Shown in pieces: positions 12,865 through 28,780 of a stretch of DNA of 64,000 nucleotides. The translations under genes and the position numbers were made by a program. Origin of the DNA: the human T2T-CHM13v2.0 reference genome, Homo sapiens; NCBI RefSeq assembly GCF_009914755.1, contig NC_060927.1; one strand, given 5' to 3'. Under the pieces are notes generated by a model. It saw only the letters and a program-made list of their open reading frames with translations. It was not told where the DNA came from and did not search any database. How positions within the stretch are numbered: position 1 is the first letter of the stretch; each line of letters starts with the position of its first letter.

Positions 12865-14561
12865 ACAAAGCCACAAAGAGGCATCTTCCCCTCTGGTTGA
12901 GTAGGGGAGGTGCACTGTGGCTGGTCTTTTGGCCTTGGGCTCAGTTCCCTCACACCCCATCACAGTCCCCAGGAAAGACTTTAAAGTGACTTTGCTAAAA
13001 GGGAATCTGTGGGCCAGAGGGAGTGGGAAAGACCTCTAGGAATCTGCCTCACTCACTCTATTTGGCTTGAATCCCCCATTCCTGTCCCTTCTGGCAGGTG
13101 CATGGATCTTAAGCTGTCGCCTCTTTGTGATTCAGGGCAGGAGTGGGGGCTACGCAAGTCCAGGCCTCCACAGAGGACCTGTTGGCTCAGTTAGTCTCCT
13201 GACCCAAACGTCTCCCTCAGTCCACTTTCTGTCATGGCTTCTGGACTCAGCTGTCCTTGGGGACCTGCCTGTGTGGGACAGCCCTCTCAGCCTCAGTCAC
13301 ACTCACATTCATACATTCATGCTTGCATGCATTCAGCTGTTGCTCACTGAACATCTCCTCTGTGCCAGGCAGCAGGACCAGGGGATGGGAATATAGGCTG
13401 GGCAAGACAGGTTGGACTCTGTCCCATGGCACCTTTGGTCTCTCCAAGGAGGCAGACATGTTAATGACTCTGGCCACACAATTTTGCCATGGCTGTGGGC
13501 ACCTAGGGGTGTTTAACCCAGTCCTGGGAGGAAAGATGTCCAATCTGCAGTGAATGTGATGCAGGAGACAGGGGGACAGGGTGTGTGTCAGGAACTGAAA
13601 GGGCTTCCCTCTGGCTGGAGGACAGCATGAGGGCACTGAGTGGGGAGAGTGGGGCCAGATCAGGGAGGACTGTGGGGCTGCTGGGTAGAAAATGAACTGG
13701 CACTGGTGACTGGGAGGCGAGGGAGGAGGTGGCCAGGGCTGCATCTGTGGATCCAGAGAGGAGTGGATAGATTTGAGGGATATTTAGGAGGAGAACCGAT
13801 GGGGCTTGCTGCACTGGTTGGGTGTAAGGGATGGGGTAGGAGGAGGCTGTCAGCCTTGCAGAGAGGGGCCTTGGGAGTGGGGTTGGGCTCTGAGATGTCC
13901 CCACAGGCTGGGACTAGGATGAGACAAGGGAAGTGCCTGGGGTGAAAAATTGGGGGAATTCGCTACCAGCCTTGTGTTCCCCCTTGTGCCTCTCTCAGGT
14001 GTCCTGAAATTTCTCGCTAAGAAAGACACATCTTGGAAAGTGGAAGCCGCCCCTGGAGATGGGACAATGGGGGCATAGTTCTCAGCAGGGTGTGCCCCCT
14101 GGGCACTTCAACCCCTACCTGGGAGGTGCTGTCTTCTCTATACCTTCCAGCACTGGGCTGGGGCCAGGATTGACACCTTAGGGCTCATTTGCTCCTGATA
14201 GGTACTCTCTTTCCATTCAGGTGTCCAAATGACAGGAAAGGTGCCCATTCAGCTTCCCCTGTCATGCCTCCCATGACAGGGAGCTCCTGCCATCTGGGCA
14301 GCCCAGTCCTTTGGTTGGGACCATTATAAAAATATTGTATCATGAGCCCAAATCTGTCTTCTTCCAACAGTTGACTCAGCCCTGCCTCCTACCCTCCCCT
14401 ACTACCCAGGCCAAGTCTGCCAATCCCCTTTCCCCGACCAGCTTCACCTCTCAGAGTCTCAGTGTCCCCACCTGCAAAAAGGGAAACAGTAATAGCTACC
14501 CCCTTCTAGGATTGGTGTGAGGATTAAATGACATGTGTATAAACCTCATGGCATATGCTAA

Positions 14562-14912
<351 letters not shown>

Positions 14913-16630
14913 TAATTGCTTAGTAACTGGTTCCTAACCCATAGTAAGGATGAATAGCTGCAGAGGTGGACGCTGTGCTCCTTCTGGCTTGGGCTGCCCA
15001 GTCATACAGTCTTGTACCACTGGTACATCAATGGTACCCATCTGTTGGCCCCAGGTAGCTGACCCTGCCACCACCCCACTCACATCCGGTGTAGATGGAG
15101 AGCTAATCGCAGAGAAGAATGTCCATGGGGAAGAAGTGACATTTTCTTGGGATGGCAAAGCCACAATGACGTGCAGGGTCTGCCCGGCTGGTTATTGAAT
15201 CAGTTCTCTGCTCAGCCCCAGCCCCTCCCCTCTGGTCCCCCTGCTCCTCAAGTCTCTCATTCAGGGGTACGAGTGGACCTGCCATGCCTGTGAAATGGCC
15301 CTGGTGGTGGGAGTCCCTCCTGAGCCTGAGGGCCCCGCTGAGCCCCAGATCCCTTGGAGGGTAGCAGACCCTTTAGAAACGCATCATTGTCTGGGGTGCC
15401 CATACTTTTCCCACAAGGCTGCAGGGTGTTGAGGCTGGGGCGAGGGGCTTGCAGGAACCCCTGGCTTCCCTCAAAGATCAGAAGAACCACCCAAGAAAGG
15501 ACAAAGCCATCCCACTGCCTTTTCCCATGCGTTCCCATCCCAGAGCCTCTGTCTGCAGCAACAAAACTGGCTTCTGCAGTGCTCTCTGCTTCTTCTGTTT
15601 CTCTGTTGAAAACCAGCGCTTGTGTCAAGGAGGAATTCTTTAGATTTAAAGGACAGTGGTGACCATCCTCCCCGAGCCCTGGTCACCGGGGACCACCAGG
15701 TTCCTGTTGGAGGACAGAGGGCACCACAGGGGAAGGCAACAACAGGGGCAAAGGAATGCCCAGAGCATGGGCAGGGCAGCCATTCAGGCAATGCCGTGTC
15801 ATGTGGGTGGGCAGGGGCGATGGGTGGGAACAGGGTGGGTGGTGTTTGTGGGATTGACAATGAGCTGGTGTTGTGCAGGGCAGGCCTTACCTCCTTCTCA
15901 CCCCAACTGAGGGAGGGTTGACTGTTTCTACACACCCCCTTGTTTTTCACACCCGGGACTTGGCCCTAAGGGACTTTCCCAAAGGCACACAGCTGGTGGG
16001 GCCTGAGGGAGGATGACGGAGGTGTGGGCCCCCTCACACCCCTGTTGAGTCCTGCTGGCAAGGCTCCTCCCTATGGGGGCACCAGGAGAGAAACAACTGT
16101 GAGGCTCAGTTTGTTTGGTTTGGAGGCCTAATACCTTGAGGCCCTGCGCCTCCAGGAGGTCTGGCTCTGCCACTGGCTCACTGTGGGTGTGACCGGGACC
16201 GGGGCCTAGCTTTGCCCTATGCCTCAGTTTCCTCAGTTGCACAAAGGAGTTAAGTTCTGGGTTGGCTCATGCTTTTTTGCCTCCCAGGGCAATGGCGCAC
16301 CCGGGGAGAGGGGTCATCTGCAGTTGCAGTCACAGATGGGAAAATGAGGCCCAGAGATGAGACAGTTCACTCTGGGGCCAGCAGACTCAGTTCTGAGCAT
16401 GTGGCCAGCAGCCAGGAGAGGAGACTGCAGGGGGAAATGCCAGCAAAGCCCAGCCTTTTTGCATCTCCAGTTTTCTTTAACCTGCCCTCCAGCCCTCCTT
16501 TGCCTGAGTTCACAACTCAACCCCAGCTGCGTGTATCCTGACGCAAGGCCCCCTTCCCTCCACCCAGCAATTATGGCTGGTCACAAAAGCTGGACCGTGA
16601 CCAGACAAAGGGACAGGGATGAAAGTGCTG

Positions 16631-16644
16631 GTTGTCATGGCAAC
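16631..16644. promoter_or_regulatory. Distal RFX X-box GTTGTCATGGCAAC
   Basis: One mismatch from the perfect palindrome. Confidence 0.6.
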
Positions 16645-16956
16645 CTGGTGGGGTTGCTGGGACCCAGGGGAGGGGCTGGCTATGTGCCTGAGCCCAGGCA
16701 TCAGGACGAGACCTGTGAGCATGAGCCAGGGCAGCCTGACGGCCCACAGGGACCCCCCTCCTGCTCTGGGCCCGCCAAAGCCGGGCATACAATGGCAACC
16801 TCAGCCCCTCCATGGGCAGCACCTGCTCCCTGGGCCTCCCCCAGTGGCCCCATTATCCTGCACCTGCTGACCACCGCCCCCCCAACCTGCTTCCCAGCCC
16901 AAGCTCCCTCCCCAGGGCAGGCCCTGCCCATCCTCAGGCCCACCTGCCTTCTCTGA

Positions 16957-17999
<1,043 letters not shown>

Positions 18000-20900
18000 T
18001 GAGTGGCCTATCAGGAGTACTGGGGAAAGAGAAAGACAGTGGGGTGGGTACTCTGCAGGAGGAGAGTGCTCCACAGGGGGCAGCTGGAGGATGGCTGGGG
18101 GCCCTGGTGATGGACAGTCCAGTTCTTCCATAAACAGGGAAACTGAGACTCTAGCAACTATCAGTGTCTGGCGCAAAAGGTAGGCCTGCCTGCCAGCTCC
18201 CTGATGCCCCACCTCAGGATGGTGGAGTGGAGGAGGGACAAAGAGTGAGAGGAGTGTGAGGCCAGGTAGATGCCCCTCCTCCTCCTGTAAAGGGAAGTGG
18301 GATTCTCATGGCAATGGGTCTTTGTCTCATGGTCTTTTCCTTGTGGCTCCCTATATCCTGCAGGACAGCCCCAGGTTCCTGTCCCACTCTGCCATGACTT
18401 TGGGTGAGGCCCCTCCTTTCTTGCCACCTCAGTTTGCAGACCCAGAGTATGGGAGCAGATTGCCAAGGAAGTTGTCAGCTCTAACTGCCACCCTAGCTGT
18501 TTGAATGTCCCTAGGCCAAAGCAGGCAGGCCATTTGCAAGGGGTGATGGGGAGGAGGGCTGCCCCACCTCTTTGGGAGTGAGGGATTCCATCTCTTTGGA
18601 ACAAACCCTTCCTTACTGACCTGCTGGGAGTTTTTTACACATTCGCTCCTGGAGGTCTGGCAAGGGCAGTGCTTTTGCCAGGAATGGAAGTATTTGGGGC
18701 AGGAAAAGTCTTGGTGTCCCTCACACCACTCTGTACTGATGACCCCACCGTGACACTGGGTAAGGTTTCTGTTCCTCATTGTGCAGAAGAAAAACTGAGG
18801 CCTAACAAAGGAAGGGACTTGCCCGGTGAGTCATCAGAATAATCCAGGCCTCCTGCCCCGTCCAGAGCCCTTTCTAGGGGTGGATGAAAGGTCAGGCTGG
18901 CAGTCTGGTCCCCAAAGTGGCCAGCCTTGGGGGATGAGTGGATGGGAGGGCTCAGCTAAGCCTCAGCAAACCCAGGCTCCCTGGAAGGTGGGAGTGGGGG
19001 CACTTGGTGGGTCACAGGGCCAAGTTGATGAAGTCACCCACTCTGCCAAGATATTACTCCAGCTGACGCTCACCAAACTCCTTGGGACTGAGGAAAAATC
19101 AGAGGTGCTCAGAGCCTAATTATAATAAACAGTTTCCTGTGCAGCTCCTGGAGCCCCCCTGGGAAATGTCCTGTGGAAGATGTCTTTGTCTCAGAGCCTG
19201 CCATCTGGCGCTTTGGCCCAGGAAGGTGGGGACCAACAGGCATCCCCACCTTGGGCCGCTGCTCCTGGAGCGCAGAGCCTCAGCATCCTGCACCCTCAGA
19301 TGGAGGTCAGAGAAAAATAGGCTGGGGGAGAGGAGGTGAGGGTGGGATCATGTGGGGTCATGTGCAACTGGGCTGGTGTCAACAGCCACTATCTTTGAGG
19401 TGATGGCCCCGATGTGGGTTGCTCTATCTTCCAGTCATTTCTATGGGTCTTTCCTGGACTGACGCATGGGCAGGGCTGCTGAGAAAAGCTGTGCCTCTGC
19501 CCCAGCACCCCCTGACCCCATCCATCAAGTCCACCCTCCAGTTGGGAGAAACAGCAGTGACCATCACATGGTAGGGAGTGAGTCATCTACCAAGTGGTAC
19601 TGACCATGGTCCTCTGGGGCCCTGAGGAGAGTGTGTGTTCTGTTGGCCAAGGCACTCAGGGAGTGTGTCCTGAGAAGTAGCCCAAGATGGCATGGAAGAT
19701 CATAGAAAAACAAAGAGGGAAGAGGCTCCGGCAGGGAGGCTGCACAGGAGTAAAGGTGGGCAGGGGATTAGGTGGGGGCTGTGATGGATGAAGATTGTCT
19801 GTTCATGGGCCAGTGGTCTTCAGTCCACCAGCCCCGGAGAAACTCTGTTCTACTCCTTGCTTGAGCTCTGGGCTTTCAAGGTCTTGTCTGTCAAGGTGAT
19901 CATGTGGATCAAAGGAGAATTAAATTTTCTCCATTTTTATTCATCAAAGAAATGATTATGCTGGTCAGAACTGCTGAGGGCAGCTGAGCAATGGCAGGGA
20001 GGCTTATGTCGGGGAGGCCTGGGGAGGCAGTGAATCGTAGACCTCACCCATTCCCTTCTCTGACACCCCCCGCCCCCGATGCCTGCAACTCACTTTCTTG
20101 TGGCATAGCTCAGAGCTCCAGGCCTAGAAAATCAGAGGAAGATCCTGGGGGCCCAAGAGGGAGGCTGGGGACAGGTGGGGAGCGGGTAGCTCAGCCACTC
20201 AGTCTGGATGCCTGTCACCTTCCGTTCTGGCTGGCCAGCCACATGAAGGGCCCATTCTGCTGCCCATTCACAAGGGGCTTTCATCTCTGCAGCCAGTGAA
20301 GCATTGCTCCCATCTCAGCCAGCAAGGAGACACAGGGGAGGGGGTGTGCAGACTTGCCATGACCTCAGACTCCATGCTGGAAAGGCATGGCCCTGGGCCA
20401 GGGCATCCTAAGCAGCCCATCTGCCCCAATCCCCCAGCTTCCAGGCCACCAGAGTCCTCAGCAAGGGGGATCTGAGTAAGAGATGGGCAGTGACTCCCCA
20501 ACTCTTGTAGAAACCTAGTCCTCCCATTTCAACAAGGGTAAGGCTGACCTCTCTTCCAGCTTATTCAGGGCAAAAGATGGCCCTCCCATCACAAGAGGGG
20601 CAGGAGTCCAGTGGGTCATGGCTCAGCCCCCTGCTCCTTTCCCAGGGAGCAAGGTAAGTATGGTGGCCTTCAGGACAGGGCAGGAAGACCAAAGCCTGAA
20701 CCCTTGCGCAGCCATGGGAGAAGACAGCACATTAGAGGGTAGCCCCTGAGACCCAGGAGAACAGGGACTGACTCACGGTGTCCTTCCAGGGAGGAGGGAG
20801 GCAGTCATATCCACAGCCCGCCCTTGAAGAGGGGCGAAGTGGAGCTGGCAGGGCTGCTGGTAAAAGCAGCACCCCCGACCCCCACCCCTCAAGTCCATTC

Positions 20901-21045
20901 TCCAGTTGGGAGAAACAGCAGTGACCATCACATGGTAAGCAGTGAGTGGTTCTGTGAGCTGGGCCTCCTGAGAGTGGACCCTTTCAGCTGTGGCCTGTCC
21001 ATCTGTCCAGCAGCCACAGCCCCTGTGATGTCACCAGCCCACTGT

Positions 21046-21058
21046 GTTGCTTGGCAAC
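21046..21058. promoter_or_regulatory. Second RFX X-box GTTGCTTGGCAAC
   Basis: GTTGC...GGCAAC 13-bp X-box variant starting 68 bp upstream of the perfect site. Confidence 0.7.
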
Positions 21059-21113
21059 TTTCCAGGATTAGCATTCTGCCCCTCTCATCCCTGACATCCC
21101 ACCATAGGCTGAT

Positions 21114-21127
21114 GTTGCCATGGCAAC
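21114..21127. promoter_or_regulatory. RFX X-box, perfect palindrome GTTGCCATGGCAAC
   Basis: Exact match to the canonical RFX X-box, ~90 bp upstream of putative exon 1 of a motile-cilia gene. Confidence 0.85.
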
Positions 21128-21218
21128 CCGGATAGATGCTGCAGCTTTTTGGACAGCTGTACCTAGTGTGGGAAGTGCCAGGCAAAAGCAGGGAAGCAGG
21201 TGCCTCTCTACAGGCCAA

Positions 21219-21445
21219 GGGGGGTACCCAACCTATACGCAGACCCATTGAGCAGCCAGACTGCCCTAAACAGGGCTATGGAGTCCTTGTCCCTTCTAAG
21301 AGCTGTGGACACCTTGCCTCCAGTTCCCCTCACAGTCCTTTCTTCCTTCTGCAGTGATCACTGAGTACCTGTGTGAATGCCAACAAGAAAAATAAAACCA
21401 CAGTTTGGATTCAGGAAAGGTTGCACCACCATCAGGTCTTGAAGG
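21219..21445 (+). other. DNAH1: Probable non-coding exon 1 of DNAH1 (start approximate)
   Basis: Strong donor AGG|GTGAGT at 21445/21446, downstream of two X-boxes. Spacing to exon 2 fits my recollection of the reference transcript. The TSS itself is not visible in sequence. Confidence 0.6.
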
Positions 21446-22199
21446 GTGAGTAGGAGTCCGCCAGATGCAGGAGTGGATGGAGACAGGTTCTAGACAGAGG
21501 AAGCAGAAGCCTGTGCAAGGGCTGAACCACTGTCTCCAGGCATAGATTACACCCTGCCTCTAGGTTCCTCATGGCCTGGCCTCTCCATCTTTCCCACTCA
21601 ATACACTTTATGGTGGGGATAGGGTCCAGTTCAGTTCCAGACACTTAGTGCCCAGCAACAGGCCTGGCACCAAGCCAGCACGACTAAAATGCCAAGTAAA
21701 ATTCAACATCAGGGCCTATGACCTCCCCTAGTACTAACCGTCTCAGCAAGTCTGTTTCCCCATCTGTGAAATGGGGCCAGTTTTGAGAAGGCTGTGGGCA
21801 GGGGTTCTCAGGTACAGATGGGGTGATGTTTTTCTTTTGGTTCTTTTGGTTTGTAAACCACTTCTTTCCCTTACAGAAAAAATTGGAAGACTAGTACATG
21901 GACATCTGTGACCTTCAGATTCCCTAATTGTTATATTGCAGCACTTTTGCTTTATCTCCTCTTTGTCTTTTTATCTAGCTATGCTTACCTATATGTATAA
22001 TTTTTGCTGAACCATTTGAAAGGAAATTGTAGCGGACATTCTGACGTGTTTCTTCAAACACTTCAGGCCACGTCAACTAAGGACAGTCTGATACAACCAC
22101 AGTAGCATTATCACATCTAAGAAAATTAACAATAATTCAATATTCAGAATAGGGCAGGAAGATCAAAACCTGAACCCATGCCAGGTGCTGAGAGCAGAT

Positions 22200-23245
<1,046 letters not shown>

Positions 23246-25682
23246 TGGAGGTGCACTTCAAACAGCCTTGCAGTGAAGTCCTGTACTTGCCAGACCAGTT
23301 TTTGGGCCCCATCCCCATGCTGAGCACGTGGCAGTCCCATCAGCTACCCAATCCTTCTCCAGATCCCTACCAGAGTTGTTACAGAGGTCAACTTCATTCC
23401 TTTCTCCACCTTGCCCATCCATTAGTTCATTTGTTCACACAATCATTCAGCAAGTACTTTCTAGGCACCAGCTGTGTGCCAAGCCCATGCCAGCCTCATG
23501 CTAGGTGCTAGGTGCCAAGTTTCCAGAGATCAGCGTTACTTGAAAATGCCTACACAGCTGACAGGAAAAACAGATGTGCACATGTAATACAGGGAGAGGT
23601 ACACTGGAGGGGAAAGACACAGTTGTGGAGGGCAGTTTGCATCGGGTGAATGCTTCAAAACGGTGGAGAGAACCCCAAGCCTGGGGGAGCAATAACCATT
23701 CATGGTGTTGTTTGCCTGGTCGCCCCAAGGGCAGATACTTCCCAAATCCCTTAAAGTCGCAGATCCATTTGTCTGCTTATGCAGAACCCCGGGGTGTGAA
23801 ATGGATAAAGGTGCAGGATCCTTGTTGAATCGGGTGAGTGGCATAGAAGCCCTCCTGCTTATGTGGCTCCCCACAGGCACCCACTTTGCAGAATCTCAGC
23901 ACCCGGTTGGAGAACCACTGTTGTGATGCTAGAACATGGATCTTTGGGTCAGCCAGAAGTGAAGACCTCAGTTTCCATTCTGGTTCTGCCAAGTGTTTGG
24001 TTGTGTGATCTTTGCAAGTTTCTTTACTTTCCTGGGCCCTAGTTTCCTCAGCTGTAAATTGGCAATAATAGTAGTATCTGCTGTGAGGTTGGAATACCCC
24101 TATTCATCTGTGTCTCTTCAGCCAAGTGCTTGGCTACTGGTTGAGTCAAGTGGGGTTGAGTGTCAGTGAATCCAACCAGAAGCTTCCTCTGGCTCAAGCC
24201 AATAGGGCTCCCAGGTGATCTGAGTGGGGAGAAAGAAGAACTTGGGTTCAAATTTCAACTGTGGCTCTTGCTGGCTCTGTGACCTTGGGCAGGTCACCTA
24301 ACTTCTCTGAGCTTCATTTTCCTGCCTCTGAGAAATGAGGATACTCTCAGTTCCCACCTCAGAAGTTTAAATGAGATGATGCATAAAATAAGTCTAAGCC
24401 ACCAATAACATTCACCATTCCCAACACTGTGCCCACCAGGGCCACCCCTGCCATCTCACTGGCCAGTTCCCTTCAACATACAGGGGGAACTGCCCAGAAT
24501 GACCAGAGGCAGAAGCCTTGCTGGGAGCCATGTTCTTCTCCCTCCTGCCAGTCACACTCATTCCCAGGCAGAGACTGCTGTCACCCATGAGGCCGCGGCA
24601 GGAGGCAGACTGGGTCTTTCTTTCTGTCTGTCTGTCTAGCTCCTGAGTATACTGGTAATGCACAGGTGCACAGAGTTGGGGCAGGGCTGGAAGGGAGCCA
24701 TTGTGAAGGGCTGAGGGATGGAGGGGAAACAGGTTCTGAGTTTGCAGCTCACTCTCACACCTTCTTTGGGACACACCTCGGTGCATCCCCCCCACTGCCA
24801 GCTTGCATGGAGGGAAACAGTTTACCGGGGCAGCAAGTTCACCCATTATGGATTCCTTTTGCCCCCAGCAACCCTGCAGTTTCCTGGACATTTGCACATC
24901 TGTTATCTCCGAAGATCCTTATAACTCCTTATAATGCACCAGTAAAGCAAACCAAGCATGTAAGCATGTTCAGGCCCATCTGGGAGCTGAGGAAGTCATG
25001 GAATGGAATGCTCTCCTGTGGAGCTGGGACCCTGGCCTCTCCAAGCCCTGCTCTGTTGGGTGATTTTGTTCAAAGATGAAACAGTCATCTGTGGGTTTGC
25101 AGCATGATGAAGCTGAGCCCCAAGGCGTCCTCTGTTCTTTAGGGTACTTCGGGAAGTGTTGGTGACTGTTAGACAGGTGGGCCAGACTCGGCATTGTCTT
25201 CAGCACCTGTCCTGGGAGGCAGCTGGCCACCAGAGACTGGATTCAGGGAGCAGAGTCCCGCTAGGGGAGGCCGGGCAGGCCCGACTGGCTGGAGGCAGGT
25301 CGGCCTTTGGGCTGAATGTCTGGGGCTTCCTGCCAGAGCCCCATCTTTCCTTCTTTGGCCCTCAGGCGCCCTGACAACTCACCACTCACTTCTTAGAAAT
25401 GGACTCAGCTGCTGCATGCTGCTTCAGCACTGCTGGGTAGTTTTGCTCTAGACAGCCCTGGCCACCCACCCCACTCCTCAAGTCAGTGCAGGCAAGGGCC
25501 CCCTGCCATGATCCATCAGGAGGCCTACACTAGCACAAAACACCCAGCAAAAAGAGTGCCCTGTTCTTCAAGCTCTTGGCTCTTTGTCTCAGTGTGCAGA
25601 AGGGATGGGAAAATGGGATGGGGCCAGGGAAGGGGGGCTTGCTTGGGCTAGGCCTCTATTTCCTTTCATTAAGATGCTTTCC

Positions 25683-26314
<632 letters not shown>

Positions 26315-27342
26315 TCTTTTTTTCTAATTGCAATTTTTATTGAGGTAATTGTAGACCCCCTTTTTATTTTTTGCACTAGCATTATGTACAAACCTCTTCT
26401 TCACCATACCCTTGTCCAATTTCTTGTCATGTTCTCCTGCCCAAGGATTCTCCGTGGTGATGAATTTTGAGGTAGCCAAAAGCAACAGTGGCTTTGCAAG
26501 GGCTTGCTCCTCCCACAATAAAAACTCTATAAACCCTTGTCCTCCAGGTGGTGGATGTGCATGCACCCTGGCGGCATCTGCTGCTCCCTTTGCATAAGAC
26601 GGGAGGGTATACGTTTCCTGAGCTGATCTGACTCTGAGAGCCAGGGTGGGTGAATGCTATTTTGTTGCTGGTAGAGGGATCTGTGGGCCAATGGAGGGTC
26701 AGGATTGGGGTCCTGCTGGGGAGACCATTTAGTCCTCTGGCTCCAGGGTATGGGGGGAGGTCGAGTGGGCAAACACAGGGGAGGCAGGGCATGGTCCAGC
26801 GCTCACAGGTGCTAGGGAGGCTCATGCACCACACTGGGAAAAGGTAGGGAAGTCTAGCAGGGATGGGCTGGGGGTGCCAGGGCTGCTACTGGCTGAAAGT
26901 CATTTTAGGGAAATTTATTGGGTGAGCAAGCTCTGGGCCTCCCTCCCCATCTCCTGCTACTGAGAAGTCAGGCCTTGCTCTATAAAATGGGGGAGAGGGG
27001 TGGACAAGTGCAGTCGCATGCATGGGTTGGGGGCATCTGCAGTGTTTCCCCTCACTCAGCCCTTAACTCTGGGTGGGCTCATTTCTCACATGCAGTGTCC
27101 AGGGCAGGCCCCACCCCATCTCCTGGTGGGACTCGGGGTACTGTATGCCTGTCCAGATTAGGAGGAGACCACTCCCTCCTTCTTGCTCTTCTGTTACCCA
27201 TGGGTCATGGGCTGGGGCTTGTGGCAGGCAGGCAATCTAGGCATCCATGTGTCTCGGGGCTAAGACAGAGGCTGGCAAGGGCTGACTGACGCTGGGTTCT
27301 TCTCCTAGGAGCTTCGGCTGGGGCATCTCCCTGAGAAGCAGC

Positions 27343-27675
27343 ATGGAGCAGCCTAACAGTAAAGGCTATAGCCTGGGAAGGACCCCTCAGGGCCCAGAGT
27401 GCAGCAGTGCTCCTGCAGTCCAAGTGGGGACCCACAGGGGCCTAGAGTATAACCCGGGGAAGATTCTTCCAGGATCAGACTATGGGTTGGGAAATCCTCC
27501 AGCCCTTGACCCCAAGCTCCCACATTTACCCCTGCCCCCGGCCCCACCCACACTCTCAGACTTGGGGCAGCCACGGAAGTCACCCCTGACAGGCACTGAT
27601 AAGAAGTACCCGCTGATGAAGCAGCGTGGGTTCTACTCCGACATCCTCAGCCCTGGAACCTTAGATCAACTTGGG
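27343..27675 (+). CDS. DNAH1: DNAH1 exon 2 coding part (exon starts 27309; ATG at 27343)
   Basis: ctag|GAGCTT acceptor; agcATGG start context; MEQPNSKG...TLDQLG; GGG|gtgagt donor. Confidence 0.96.
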
Positions 27676-28707
27676 GTGAGTATGGCAGCCATCCCCTACC
27701 AAGCCTCAACCCTTCCTCTGGGCTCCGTTCACCCATCCTTTCATCCTTCTCCCCATCAGTCAGTCCATCTGTTCATTTAGCTGTCTATCGATCTATCCAT
27801 CTGTCTTTCTATCCATCTACCCCCTATTATCCCCTCATCCATCCTTCCATCCATTTTTCTCACCACCCATGCATCTGTCCATTCATTCGACAACTCATTA
27901 CTGAGCTCCTGCTGTGTGCCAGGCCCTGGATGGAGCCCTGGAGATGCAGCAGGGATGAGACGCCCACGTCCCTATTGTCATTGTTGTGGGGCAGTGGCTT
28001 TGGTAGGGAAGACCCCTTCCCCTGGCTCTGGTTGGGAAGGTTCCACAGATGAGGTGATGTACTGCTGAGATCTAAGAGACAGGATGTAAGAGTGGGGCCT
28101 GGGAGCATGTTCCAGGCAGGGGGAGACAACAGGTACAAAGACCTGGGGTCCCTGAGAGAGGGCACGGCTGTGTGAAGAAGAAGGCTAGAATGCGAGGGGA
28201 GAGATCGAGGGAGGAGGCTGGGGGCAGGGAAAAGAGAGGGGGGAATGACGAGGAGAGAATTCAGAGTCCTGTAGGTCCCAGGCAGCCTTAGGCTTTAGGC
28301 CAGGGAGGGGCCAAGAAAGACAGGGTGAGGACCACCTGATATGCATTAAACCTGCAGTGCCAGTGGCCCTTGGGAGAGGAGGTATGTACAGAGATACCTG
28401 CTGGCCTTGCAGTACCTGCTTCATGGCTCAGCCCCGGGATGCACTGTGGAGTGTTCTCAGATCAAGGAGGGGAGCTGGGCTGGACCAGAATGGGGTGGGG
28501 CCAGGAAGTCCTGGGTAGCCACAGCTTGTTGCCCACTGTGGCCTTTGAACGGGGAATTGTGCATACTCACTGGTTCTGCCCACTCCTGTGCTCCTGGAGT
28601 GCTCCCTGGTGGGTCTCAAGGGAGGCGCCTGGGCTCGGGGTCCCTCCCGGGTCCTGCCTGTCCCTGGGAGGTTGACACATACTCAGGGCTCCATGGTTTG
28701 GTTTCAG

Positions 28708-28780
28708 GAGGTATGTCGTGGCCCCCGAATGAGCCAGAACCTCCTGCGGCAGGCTGACCTTGACAAGTTCACCCCAAGAG
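28708..28780 (+). CDS. DNAH1: DNAH1 exon 3
   Basis: ttcag|GAG; EVCRGPRMSQNLLRQADLDKFTPR; G|gtcagt. Confidence 0.93.
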
